Translations under genes and position numbers: made by a program
Notes under the pieces: model-generated
The model's database searches: none
What the model was told of the DNA's origin: nothing
What the model saw: only the letters and a program-made list of their open reading frames with translations
Source: Lingula anatina
Lineage: Eukaryota; Animalia; Brachiopoda
Direction: 5' to 3'
Length of the DNA stretch: 64,000 bases
Assembly (NCBI GenBank): GCA_051362555.1
Contig: CM120646.1
Location: 12,710,001 to 12,774,000, forward strand
Shown: one piece after another, positions 46,401-59,733 of the stretch
Numbering within the stretch: the first letter of the stretch is position 1
Layout: each line of letters begins with the position of its first letter

Positions 46401-47652
46401 ACACAAATTGTTAACGTTTCAGCTGTTGCCTTTATTTTAAAGACAATTATTTATAATATTATTTTTCAAGCGAGTAGCATGCAGATTGCACGATTGACAT
46501 CAGAAATTGCAAGCAGTTCTAGCAGTAACTTTACATACGCAATTATAAGCACAAGGCGGCAAAGCTGTCAAATGTCCAGAAACAAATCAGAAAATAATGA
46601 AACTGGTGCATTAATACAGATTTTTGTCAGTTTTGAGGCAATTTACCACAATGCTTCACGACAAAATCACCACCATTTTCATATTACATTTTTGTTCGCT
46701 TTTTTTGTGCCAATTTGATATTATATATTTCTGTCTGTCCGTGTTGTATACAAACAGCGGTAATAAATTTCTACCTACTACTACAGATCTAGACTCACTG
46801 AACACGCTACTATGTGCTTTGTTTATCACATTTTTCTATCCTGAAGGTGTGTTTTAGACAGTTACACCAGTTTTTTTTTTTCAGACACAACCTGCATGTG
46901 GGGTACGAAAGAGGTCTGTGACAGAAGAGAAGTCGGAGTCGGTTTCAGCCACGGTGACTGTGTACGTCAATGAAGAGGCACGGGCAGCGGCTGCAGGAGG
47001 TACAAATAAACTATCACAGTTTTCGTATTTTGCGCGGTCAGCACTAATCAGCAGTTGTTTTGCTGTTAAAGTATTTAAAGACTTTACTAATATGCTGTGA
47101 AAGATGCCGTTGAAGAGTTGCATAAGAAGAACATATTGCTCAACTACTCTCAGAAGTTCATTGAGCCGGAAACGCTTCTAAATTTTCACAATATTTTTTG
47201 TGAGCTACGTATAATAGAAATTTTCAATATTTTTCTTTATTCATTTAATAAATTCTATTCATCTTTATCCATATGCGATACACAAATTGCACATAAATTG
47301 ACGGCTACTTTTGCGATATCTGTACTTTGTTAAACAGTTTTATAAAGAGTACGTGAATAAAATATGACATTCTAACAAGATATTTGAAAATAACGTTTGA
47401 GTTTTGTAGTAAATTAATACACGCATTTACTTACTGTAGTCTACCCAAACACATAACTATTTATCTTTTGCAGGAGGTAACAGCACCGCCACTTTGACGA
47501 CGAGTCGACCTGCGCCCGCAGAGAACTTGAACATTTGGACATCTACAGCCTTCATCGCCACATTGTGCGCGTGCGCAGTGCTTATGTTGCTTGTCATGTT
47601 AATGGCTGCACTCGTCATACTTCGCTCACGCAGCAGAGTTGATAAATCCTAA
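40894..47652 (+). CDS. ZP-module type I membrane protein B, paralog of A (~551 aa, 11 coding exons)
   Basis: Exons 40894-40917, 41474-41602, 41962-42130, 42509-42802, 44011-44201, 44802-44950, 45199-45335, 45606-45690, 46156-46339, 46885-46999, 47474-47652 join in frame (1656 nt). Signal MWRVVILLTLVTVIWA; RRRR and RKKR sites; aligns to A by eye (TVYD.VGFDV, PYTVKVLA.RSD, C.LGEDI.L, NGCP, FKCYKFP); RKRS; TM helix. Confidence 0.88.
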
Positions 47653-48742
47653 AGAAAAGAACTGCAACATAAGCACAGTACTGTCACAACCCCTAATCCA
47701 AGACCCCCAAACTGACAGCAATGAGAAAATATAGGTTCAAGTAACGGAATTTAAAAGGTTACTCTTAAAATTTAGTTACTTTGACTGTATTTTACATTTA
47801 CCCTCCTTTAACTTTGTACGTGAATTCAAGATGCCAATATAGTTACCTACTTGGAAATAATTTACCCATGTTTTCAATTGGTTCTACAAATCTTCTCTCT
47901 GCTATCATGTTCCACTATTCCAGAATTGTGCAAGATGTCATATTTGCCATGTAGCCAACAATCAAATTTACCTAATACAATTATTTCTGTTCTTTCGGAA
48001 GAAAAAAATGTAATATTCAGACGTCAAATTGACAAAACTTGCAGTTTTTATTTATTCGGAATAAATATTTTAATAAAGTAAAGGATCATTTGAATTTTTA
48101 TTGGCACTTCATCATACGAGTATTCAGATAGCAAATCGCGTTGCTAAGATACTTAGTACGCTGTGCCCCCTCGTTCCCAATTTTCCGTTCTAACGTATTT
48201 CTCACGAAATTGAAACCGTTTCCTTGATCTTCTCTGAAGTGAAGGAAAATCCACTTGATTCTAACAATATTGTTGTGAAAACCCAAGGACAAATGCTCAT
48301 ACAGTTCTAAAACCTGTTCCTGCAAATTCCTGAGAAATTAAAGGTACATATGAACCGAGCGTCGGTAGAGCGTGTATTCCAAGTAACACGTATACCCAGT
48401 AAATCACTTCTACTAGTTCTTAAATGACTTAAATAAATTCGACATGCCAAGGGATAAACTAAATAAATCACTCAACCAACCATAAAGAACTTTAAACTGC
48501 TCCTTTCTTTAAATTATTGGTCAGAAATTTAACCTACTTATCTGACCTACTTTTTGCCCCATTTTTATACAAAGCTAGCAGAAAAATCCGTTCAAATATC
48601 ATTTTTCTGGTAATATTAAACAATGTCTTTTGGTAATTCTCTTAGTTATACTATTTGAAACTATATGCTGGCATTTGATCGGCTTTTGTGTCAACAATTG
48701 ACATCTTATGCATCTTTAAGGTAAAGGATGCAAAAGAAAGGC

Positions 48743-51700
48743 TCAATCTGCCATCTGAATGTGTGCGGCGTTGCTTTGTATCTGTTCACTATCGCCGTCG
48801 GTATATACAAAAGGAGCCTCGTTTTGAAGACCAGAATAACCACCACGTGACCTCGTCGTTCGTTTTCTTTCTTCTCTTGGTTCGTTGGGGTTAACTGGAT
48901 CCTGAAATATATGTCGTGATAAATATACTTTATCCTCGTTTAACTTTGAGAGAGACTTAACATGAATTTGAATTACCAACTACTTATCCTCTTTTAATCC
49001 CAGCTGTTATTGCACTGTTCAAATTATCATAAACACAAGTTCTATGAACAACAAGCAATTCTATAGATTTCACAAGAATATTACATAATATTATGCCATG
49101 TCGTAGAAATATACAGATATTAAATCAACAAAACTTTGTGTTAATTTCAATTCATGAATGATTGGTAAGCTTGTCAACTGAAGTTAAATGCTGCGATGAC
49201 CTGGAATGGAAGACAATCTTTGGAAAGCCATTTACATATACTTTAAAAATGGTCCCGAAGCTTTTTTTAATGCAGTCTGGCATCTTACATGTCAAACCTT
49301 TTATCTCGTTTTTCTTTTGGACTATTGTTTCATTTGTCCAAGTTTTCCCTAGAGGATTTGCGAGCGACCGTTTAAAAACAGCCCCAATCGGATCCTAGGG
49401 TCGCAGTGCAACTTACCTTTTTGTTATCTTTAGATTTACACGATTTGTATGCTCCAGTTTTTACCACCACCATAGTTGCACCATACAAAATCCACGCAGT
49501 GACAGCAATTATGCCAACAACTTCCATCACAAGGGAAAAAACGTGTCGCTGCTCGCACACGTATGTTTTGCTATTTGGATATTCGCCGTTGGGACAAGTT
49601 TGCACGCATGCGCTTGAAATTGTTTTGTACGGGAAATCTTCTGGGCACTCGCTGACATCCTGACACAATGTTGACTGTCCGATCCGGAGATAAGGGGAGG
49701 GGCAAGTCGAGAAACAAGCCACGCCTCCATAAGCGAGGGTAAGAGGCCGGTTTTCTGGACATGAAGACAGGCACATGCCACTCACCCTGAAAGAACAATA
49801 ACGCCTTGGTGTCCATAAGACTAGAATAATAGGTGTTCACGGTGGACAAGACTGCAAAAGTCTTACATGATCAAACAGTAAAAACAAATGCTGAAGCAAT
49901 TTTAACATAACCTATTACTTTTGGCCAAACGTGTAACCTTCCTCCCTGGTGATTACCTGTATTTAAGATGCTGAGGACACCTGCTGAGACACCGAGTTGT
50001 ATTTGGCACCATAACCATTCCAGTCGGACATGACGTCGCGCACGTGTCATTCACGACGAATCGCCTGATATCCGGGCACTTGTGTGTGCATGTGACGTTG
50101 TCCCGAAACAGCCCATCTGGACACTCAGTATAGCAGCGCCTCCTATAGTGAAAGAATGGGCATTGCTCTACACATTCGGTGTCGTTGTCCGAAGTGAAGG
50201 TCGATTCTGGACACTGGACTACACATGAATGATTGAATTTATACAGTGGCCTAGGGCATGTTGATAAACATTGGTCCTTGTAGATGAAGTGAGAGCACTC
50301 GTGCGTGCACGCTTTCGTCACTGGATCAACTAAACTGTTATTGGTTGGGCACTGCAAGACGCATGCGCCCTGATAGTTTGGGAGCTCCCCGGGGCATTTG
50401 TCCACACAGTGGTGCTTGTAGTGTAACTTATCACATGATCTAACACATCGCGTATCGTTCACGTAGATATGGTCTCTTGGACATACCGCAATACATGCTC
50501 CATTGTATATCAGATTGGCGTACTCAGGACACGCATTTACACAATGTGATCCAAACGAAAGCACGGGGCACGATGACACGCAAGTGTCATTATAGATAAA
50601 GCTTGCTTCTTTGGGACACTGGTGGACACAGGAGTGGTTGAATCCTACCCATACAGTTGCATTGGGGCACTGTTCAAGGCAATGGTCCTGGTACCATACA
50701 CCGGGGCACTCTTTTAGGCATTGTTTATTATAGACGACTTGGCGTTCTTGAGGACAGACATGAACACAGTTCAAACCATCTCGTAAATGTTTGCAGCTTT
50801 TGCATTGGTCATTGCCTGGTCCGGTACATCCGCCCTCACATTCTATATGACAGGGAAGGCAATATTTGGTCGCGTTGGCGTAATAGTTAATTGGACATTG
50901 GTCCACGCAGATTTTTCCTAGCCTGTAGTGTGGACAAATGTAGACACACATGTTTCCGTTTGTAAGGGCATCGGGTGGGCATTTCGGTAAGCACTTCCCT
51001 TCAAATTCCACATGCATGCACCCTTTGCACTCAGCCTCAGATGGACCAAAGCACAGTTTGCACTCGGGATGACACGGAAAACACCTTCAAAGTAATTCGT
51101 AAAGTACGCTTGCATCATACTGTCATTTGGCGCAATATAAAGAAATAAGAATGTGTAAGGTCCTCCAGTATCTTTTTTAATTCGTGACAACATGATTTCT
51201 ACACTGAAATTGCCAATTTTCCAAATTTTAAACGGTTATGAGGTCTTTAATATGTAAAGTCTCAATACACAATTCAACAGTTTTTAAGTATTTGTAAGAT
51301 GTGGAACTTCTACGAAGACATACTATTCCCTTGGGGAGCATGCATATTTTTTCATTACAGAATGTTTGATCTGCTCTGAAAAGATAATTTTTCCAATTTT
51401 TTACTTCTTAAAAAATTTTAGCAGCGCCTTTACAATTTGGAAACTTGTGAGACTTACTTATGAGCATCGTCGTCATCTACGTAGCTCTTTTTCGGGCATT
51501 TGATCGTGCATTGCGTGTTGTTGTACAAATACGGCGCACGCGCAGAGCATGTTTCTACGCAGTTTCCGTAGTCGTCAAATACCAACCCCTCTCCACAGGG
51601 TTCTTTGCACGTGTCATTATCCTTGCCGATGCCAAAGCACTCTTCTCTGGTACACGGTGGAATATTGTCCCAGATATATTCTGCGTCTTGCCCAGTCCTT

Positions 51701-53738
51701 GAATATGTACCATAAAAGACAGGTTACATGTTAACTTGGAAATGAGCAATGAATTTTTTCTTTGATTCTGGCAAAAAAAAAAAAAAAAAAAATGTTGTGA
51801 ATTGTCAGTAGCACATATGCAGAACACAGCAATGGTTATTTATTTTTTGAAGCGTTGCTTGTTTCTCGTAAGCAATGAAACACGAAAATGACACTAAATA
51901 GGAGCACTGAAATGTGCATTGCATTATTATTATTATTATTGGGGGCCTATTGTGATGGTTTAATCAGTTAAAGGGATAATAACTCTTCGTTTGAGATCTA
52001 CATTTCACAATGAAAACATTGTGAACAACTCATAGAAATATAATATATTCGGTTTTACCACAAAAACGGCAGTTATAGCTATTATTCTGATATCTGAGCT
52101 TGTCTTAAGACCACGTGACCTCCATTGATGGCTATACTCTATTAAAATCTCTTAAGAGATTATAACAAATAAACAAACTTTTTAGAAAAAAATCAGGGAC
52201 TAACTTTGAATGTAAAAATGGATTAAATAATGGGAAAATTGTTGTTTACTCCAGGAAAATTCATTTTTTGGCCAAAACGAAGAGTTATTATCCCTTTAAT
52301 ATAAAATGTTCACATAATTAAGGAATAGCTTTACGTGTCGAACTCTCAAATTAAATTTTAATAAAATTAAAAGTATGTTTTGGCTATGAATGCAATTAAT
52401 ATTAAATAAACAAAATTATTAGTTAGAATAAAAAATTTAATGATAGGAAGAAACTCCACCTTCTTTATCTTCCTTTTCACGGTTTAAGGTGAAAAAAATA
52501 AAACCTTAAAGCAGAATAGTAAGAGCCATTCTTAATATCTTCCATTCTCCTTTGCAATCAGAATTCGGATGCGCCCAAGGACATACCGTGAGTACCCCGT
52601 GCACACGCATGCGTACACATCACTAGGGTTTGATGCGTTTGTCCAGTGGCTGCGCACGCATACTCCACCGCCGTAACTCGGTGTTCCTGTCACATGATCT
52701 ATGAAGAACGCAGCGGGAGGGGGTGGGGCATTACTACACACAGCCAGGGGTACCGCTTTCCACGCCGCAAACACTACATTGCAGACCGTGTGATTCTGAA
52801 ATTACATGTATGTAGTAGCAATAATAAACAACTTGTGACGAAGTGCAGGATTTCAGACACATAATTAGTACATAATATTATACTTCTTGTAGAACTTATC
52901 TCAGGACAAGCAATTCGATCATACTGCATCTTAAAGTTAAATGCCATATATTTATATCACAAAAAATTCATACTACACCCTCCTTACGAGCCTCGCCATC
53001 CATTAAATTCGGACAAGGAAGTCTGTGTGAGAACTGTTGTGTTGGAATGAAATTGCGATATTTGAAAAACTATCTCATTAGCATATGGGTTAGATATTAC
53101 CAATTTTTTCAAGATTCTAACAGAGTTATGGTGAATGTGAGGAAAGATTTAAAGCTTACTTTTTTGGCGAAAAATACAGGAAAATCCGTTAAGCAAGTTT
53201 ATTTTCGCAAGAAAATCCTACACTTTACAACATTAAAGCAAATACGGAAGTTTCAATCTATAAATGCTATCAATAACACACCATATTTATCTATCTTTAA
53301 ACAAAAAAAGTAGATTTTGTAGTTCAATTATGAACGATGAACTAAATTAATTTTTGGCGTAGGCCAGTTTTCTAAATCAGAAACCATTTAGACTATATTT
53401 CAGGACATTGCAAAAGTTTCTGTGTAACAACAGCCTAACAGCTTCAAGTAGTGGTATAAAATATTACAGAATCAAAGAACGTCATAGTGCCCAAGACATG
53501 AACCCACGAAGGCAACGGATTGTTTGTACATTGGAAAGAAAGTTAACAAGGTTACCGACAAATAAAAAAATATACACGTCTCGGTTTCATAGCAACTATG
53601 CAACATAACTGACATAACTGAGATTGCTCTGTTTAACGTCCTCTTTGATTTTGAAATCGTTGTTAATACACTTACTTCGGAATCAACCACCGTGAAAAAT
53701 CCCACCAGCAAAAAGAGAAGTGGTACAGCAAGCGCCAT
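48743..53738 (-). CDS. Furin-like cysteine-rich repeat type I membrane protein (PCSK5-CRD/EGFR domain IV-like repeats; no catalytic domain), ~722 aa, 6 exons
   Basis: Exons 53738-53676 (signal MALAVPLLFLLVGFFTVVDSE), 52795-52587, 51697-51458, 51084-49957, 49786-49417, 48901-48743 join in frame (2169 nt). CHPEC..CFGP and CHIECEGGCTGPGNDQC motifs, many CVxxCP repeats, TM LVMEVVGIIAVTAWILYGATMVVV. The last exon is less certain. Confidence 0.82.
51972..52295. mobile_element. TTAA-flanked MITE (Kolobok-like termini)
   Basis: TTAA|AGGGATAATAACTCTTCGTTT ... AAACGAAGAGTTATTATCCCT|TTAA; 21-bp perfect TIR. Confidence 0.8.
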
Positions 53739-56331
53739 TATGGAAACATTTTGTCTTTATTGCTATAGTTTATTTGGGTAAGGCCCTGGGGTAGCAACTA
53801 CGGATCCAGGTAACAAGGATGGGTCTGAAAGTGATTTGAAATCGCTTCTATTGTCATCATATGAAAAGAATAGTCCATGTGCACTTGGAAGGTCTGTTAG
53901 AACATACAGATGTCATATCCAATATCACGTTCTTGTTTCACTCTCGCCGTCCACTGATAAGATCAAACCCTGCAAGAAAATAGTTATACAAAGTGATCAA
54001 TCATATCTGTCAGGCTGGTAAAATCGGACCGTTTTTCATGTATTGTGCATGCCACATATAACTGAATTTATGACTTTCAGGCTCAACACGTTCTCAACTT
54101 GAAAGACATTCTCCACTAAATTCTACATGCAAACCAGACACGCTTGTAAATAATCCAGAAATAAAGTAAGACTTAAATCTAAATTCTCTAAAATTCAAGC
54201 CCGGGTCTTCCTAGACAGACCATGAAATTATCAGTTAAGTATCGAGCCTTCGATCTAAAGGATATATCTTATGAAGAGCATGCATTAATGTACTGCATAG
54301 GACCACCAGTAGATGCACAGATATTCATACAACATAAATGTATGTACTATGATGACACTTAAGTTGAGAATATCTACATGTATACTTTTGTTGAGAGCGT
54401 GATACAGAAAGACAGCTTGGAGTGGAACCTATCAAACAAACAAGATTAGGACTGATCAGTCTCACTAATGGAAGCATTACAATAATACATTGCTATTCGG
54501 AGGTTTGATCAACCTCGTGTTGCCTAGTATAATAGCAGTAAACATTGACCTTGCACAGTGATGGAAATTTCCTTTTCTTTCATAAACAGTCGGCTCCTGG
54601 GAAAACTGTCAACACCGAAGTTCCTCTAATTCCGTCTCAAAATGAACAAAGATGAAGTTGGGTCAGAGCGTCCAGGAATAAAAAAAGTAAAACGCAGTTC
54701 TTTTCACACTTAAAGCCATAGAGTAATCTAGGTTACATGTCTCAGATACAAGCGCTGCCGTGGACTTTAAGCAACCTTCACGTGATTCAGTATCACAAGC
54801 TAAGCTCGATAAGCTAAAACAATGAGGGCAACTAATGTTTCTAGGTCAATGAATGGAAAGCAGTGTGCTGGGGCAGATGTTATATATAGGAACTGGATGA
54901 GATGAGATGAGATGTGGTAGTTGTGATTGCTTTTTGGCGGTGAAGTTTCTTATGCTGGCACCTCGGCTAATTTCATACCATAAATTATTGGATCAGTCGT
55001 GTTATCACAAGAATAAAGGTAAGTAGTTGGAGTGGTGATGTTCTAACAGGATATTGCAAATATCTTGCGTATATTGAACTAGAAAGTCAACTCTGATTTT
55101 AAAATGGGGGCTGTTCAGTGTACTTGTAAATTAGATCAAGAAAAGTGAGAAAAACATTAGTGTATTGTTAAAACAAATTAAACCAAACCAAAACAAAAAA
55201 GTTTCAGGTAATGTCGGCAGAGAGCACGGTGAAAAAACCTTTGAAAGATTTTGTAAACCTCAAAAAGAAAAATGAATTAAAAAGAAAACGAAAACAATGT
55301 TAATTTTAAAGATTTAAAGTCTATTTAATCACAACAATAAGTGTTACAACTCGGAACAAAGAAGTCTTGAAAGGCAATTACTTCTGATTTTATCAGTAAA
55401 AAAGCGACATTTTCATGAACCTTAATTAGTTAGGGACTTACGATAACTATCTCAAACTAATTTAAAACGCATTTAAATTCACGATAAACGTTTGGCCATC
55501 CAGTGAGGTGGTGAATAGAGCATCAAACAACGGAGTTTTGAGCCCCAAATATATTTTTTTGCACTGATATTTAGATAAGCATTTTATATAAAAGAAACCA
55601 GAAAGAGTATTTTGCAAAATGTAGTCTTATAATATATTTAACCACCTTATAAAGTATGAAAAGTTTGAAAATGTGCAGAGATGACGTGTAGATCGTGTAG
55701 ATATTCAAGATTTGAATAATTACTAGAATATGCAAACGGAACACAAACAATTTGGTCTGATAATTCGGATCAGTATTCGGGCTAAAGTTATTTTGTAAAA
55801 TAGGATCCCTGCTGTTCGAACCGCGAGGAGTCCCCTTGATTGCGCTTGTCGCAACTGACGCAATCATACTTGTTGTAGCACATTGATGTATTTACTCTGA
55901 TGTGGTTGGAATGGTAGTCCGGGGAATGGAAGTCCAGTCTCACACATAATTAGTACAGAATAGTCGGAGAATTGGGGTAAGTATATGGGACAAATGACAC
56001 CTGAACAAAGAAATGGGGAACGGACTATGGTTCCTAGTGGACTACCATTCCTGTCACACCGGCACTTAGCAACCGCTTTTCAATATCACGCAGGTTACAT
56101 GCTGTAGCTATATATGGCATTGATAATGATATCTTTTCCTAATTTCACATCTCGTGTTAATTTCGTTTAACAATAGTTGTCTTGTAAATTGAAGCCATTT
56201 ATAAATTGAAAAATATGAGCTTTTCCCGGTAATTATTACGCACGGGATTGGGAAGGAATTAGGAACAATACGAAAGTTCATGTATTATAGTAGACACATG
56301 GCACTATCATCAGTTGCTTTTCTAATGCTTT

Positions 56332-56361
56332 GAGAGAGAGAGAGAGAGAGAGAGAGAGGAA

Positions 56362-56400
<39 letters not shown>

Positions 56401-56424
56401 ACACAGAGAGAGAGAGAGAGAGAG
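56332..56424. repeat. Compound (GA)n(CA)n(GA)n microsatellite
   Basis: Seen directly. Confidence 0.9.
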
Positions 56425-57224
56425 TTTGTTACCCTTTTTTACCCTTAAATTTCACCTGCTGAAAGGAACGCCTCCTTATCGTAAATGTCGCTCTCCAGGG
56501 TGAATGCACCCTTATTATCAATAGAGGATGGTTAACTTGGGACTGCGCAATATATTAAACTAACACGTACTGGAGATAAAGGCTTAAAAACGCAAGTTCG
56601 TGTGGTGTGTATAGCTTCTTGTTTGAGAACATTTACCAATTGATCTTATGTACCTTGTATACATTATGTAAAAGGTGTTGTTAGCTTACAGTCGGCAAAG
56701 GATCCAGCATGTTTCGCACTTATTTTTTGCACACAGCGCCCAATAATCTTAGAAATCGGAAACTCTGCATTCCTCCGTCCATACATACACAACTCGGGCG
56801 GATTCAAGAAAGGGGGAGGGATAAAGGAAGGGGTTCGATCTACCAGGTTCGTGATTTTAAGCCGGCGTGTCGTGAGAAGCGTCAAAAGTTATGTGCCTGT
56901 GCCTCCCCCCCCCCCCCACTTGCCCCCTCCTGTACCCCTTGATAATAACTTGCCAATGCACACTTCTTAGTTTGGAAAATTAAACTGCCTTATTCTTTTC
57001 CGCTGTTAAGATTTATATATCTATGTGTTTTCTGGATTATATGCATTCATGTTTCAATTCAGCGTATTTTCACATCATATCATTCTCCGCTGCTCTTTTA
57101 TTTTATTTTTCTTTTTTAATCTTCCAAGTGTCCTCTCAAAATCAAATCGTCAATCATCGCCAATCAATTATTTATTGCATTTATATCACTGATTGATTAT
57201 TATACTGGTCAATGAATTATGAAT

Positions 57225-57394
57225 GCCGTAGCAATAGTCCGAAGGTTCAATGTCCGAAGGTTCATTGGTCCGAATATTCACTATAGAACCTTCGGACCAA
57301 TGAACCCTTGATTAAAAAATCGATGAAAATGTTACCACTTTTCGGACCAATGAACCTTCGGACCAATGAACCTTCGGACTATCGAGACGCCCTC
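57225..57394. mobile_element. MITE with 15-bp subterminal repeats and 9-bp target duplication (Mutator-like)
   Basis: GTCCGAAGGTTCA(A/T)T repeats on the left, inverted AATGAACCTTCGGAC repeats on the right; ATTATGAAT at 57216-57224 and 57395-57403. Confidence 0.75.
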
Positions 57395-57600
57395 ATTATG
57401 AATATGCGTTGCTTCCAGAAAATGACATAAATAATTAATGACTTCTTTAAATTTACACCCACAAACTTGGTCAGCATTTTACATTTTGTCAATTTACTAG
57501 CTGATACCCGTCACATCAATAATTGAACCATGATTAGAGATTAGTATACACGATTTTTAGAATCTTTTTATATACTATATTCTAAATACTAACAAAAATT

Positions 57601-57633
<33 letters not shown>

Positions 57634-59019
57634 GAAAAGGAAGCGGGACTGAGTGTAAATCGTACCTACTCCGCCGCGTTTGGCAGTCAAAGATGTTATC
57701 TACCTCTCCCCAAATCCTGCTATCTGTTTCAACGTTATTGACAGTAAATGATACCCGTCACATATGTCGAAGCTTTACGGAAATTGCCGAAGGTATATGC
57801 CTACAAAATATACTTTTAACAGTTATAATCAAATTCAAACTACGACCACCATCTTCCCACTGGCCAAAGGTATTGCTAACACCTGTCAGTTGTCAACAGA
57901 TCGTTGTAGTTTGGGAGAAAAAAACGTGAAACGGAGACTTCGGGTGATCTGCTATTATAATATAGATTATTCAGCTTCGAGGGGATGTATAATCTTTGAC
58001 TTTTCGTCTTCCTATTCAACATTTTTCCTCTTTCAATTGATTACAACCATACTGTGAGTTGAACAAATCACGCGAATTCGTGGAAAACACCTATTAGCGT
58101 AGTTTCACTTGTGTTACCAAAGGTTTTTTTTAGTGAAGCGAATGAGTACTAGAAGGATATGTAATATGTAAGGCAGAGTGACTAAAAAAAACTCTTAGTT
58201 TCGTCTCATTTTGGTTGTTCTGTCGTTTTTTATTTAGGGAGGAGGGGTACCTTTTAAACTACTGTTAGTGTTGAAAGATGGTAATAAATAGCTGTTGGAT
58301 CAACAAATGGAATTTAAAATTGATCTGGATAATGTGTTGGCACAAGGCCCTGTGAGTGAATAAACGAGTGAAGTTGACACTAGACAGAGGGGGGGAAAGT
58401 GTCAAACGTGCAATCAAAATATATTTTATAATTTATTTCATTCCAGTAATCCGCGTTCCTTGTCTTAGTACACTTAGCACAAACATTTTTCTATTTTATT
58501 GGAATAAAACTGGCCTTATAAGTCGTCAAGATTTAGATTAACTTTACACTTGTAAGAAGAAAAGCGTTTGTGCTAGCTGAAGCGTGAAAAGGGTATACAC
58601 GTCAATAAGCGTGAAATAATATTCTTTTCTCGTTGTGTAATTTTTACTTCATTGAATAGCAAGTTCGTTTTACTTGTCCAATATGGATTCTAATGTAATC
58701 CATCCTTCCATTTTCGTTATTCAAACTGGGGCCAGAACGGCGAGAAGTCATTGGTCAAAAGTTGGTCATATCCAAATATGGGACAAACCGACGTCACGGG
58801 CACCTTGATCTCATTCATGAGACCTGTCAAAATTTGATTGATTGACTTTCTTGCTTTGAATATGGGTCAAGCTATAGATGATATGCACAGAAGAATCCCA
58901 CTGTACAGACTTTGTAGAAAGTCACAGGCATTAGCCACACTTAAAAATGTTTTTTACAAAATGATAAACTTGCCTAAAAAGGCACTGAAACACCGCCATC
59001 AGCATAAGCTTCTTTGCCG

Positions 59020-59070
59020 TCTAGCTCCGCCCCCTTATGACCCGTAAACAAAACTATCCAATCAGGGAGA
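59020..59070 (+). promoter_or_regulatory. Candidate promoter (GC box plus CCAAT box)
   Basis: CCGCCC at 59027 and CCAATCAG at 59058, upstream of a CpG-richer segment with donor-like sites (gtaagt ~59150, gtaaga ~59410). Confidence 0.45.
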
Positions 59071-59631
59071 AGTCTGCGAAATCAATAAACATTCTCTTAT
59101 CGCTGCTGGATTTGTGAATCAAACCTGGGACGAAGGCTGCGGTGTAAACGTAAGTGTATTTAGCGTCAAGTTCTCGAGATTTTGTCGCACGAATTTTGAG
59201 AATATAGCTTGTTTAGTTGTGCTAGAAAGACTAAAGCCCTAAATTTTTGCTTGCAGAGTAGAGAAAGCTGGAGAGCGCTACAAATCCCGTTCGAAGACTG
59301 CAACAAGTGCCCGCGAGAGCGTAGCACGGTGCTGTCGCGAAATTGCGTCATATTATTTCTCCCGGAGAGCGAGATAGAGTTACACTACAGATAGCTGAGT
59401 TGCCAAAACGGTAAGAAAAATCTCCCAGCTTCATGTTGATGCACAATTTAGTGTGTTTCTAGTAGAATCAAACATGATTTGGACGCTTTATAACGTTGGG
59501 GTATATTTTCACATATTCAACATGGCGGATATTGTGGCTAGCAGAATTGCGATACAGCATCTCTGATTCAGGTCACGCATTTCACCTGAACCAAAATTGT
59601 TTCTCGTTTATAGGTCGTAATTCCAACCAAA

Positions 59632-59733
59632 ATGGACCTTGAATTTTATGGAGATTATGGAGGTGAATCCAACGATTGTTTTTACCAAGACAGAAAGCCG
59701 AATATGAGCACAAAACCGAAGCGGATCAGCAAG
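59632..59733 (+). CDS. Probable first coding exon of an unidentified gene continuing downstream
   Basis: Acceptor tttctcgtttatag at 59613; ATG 59632 reads MDLEFYGDYGGESNDCFYQDRKPNMSTKPKRISK to a strong donor AAG|gtgagt (phase 0). No downstream exon identified. Confidence 0.5.

Noticed and set aside
49953-51017. Call as PCSK5, furin or EGFR ortholog
   Set aside because: No subtilisin, P-domain, L-domain or kinase exons found; only the Cys-rich repeats are shared.
54881-55024. TATA-like motif followed by a donor (AAG|gtaagt at ~55018)
   Set aside because: No matching downstream exon or recognisable product; insufficient support.
57225-57394. CRISPR-like repeat array
   Set aside because: Eukaryotic context; 15-bp repeats are adjacent and inverted without unique spacers, fitting a MITE.
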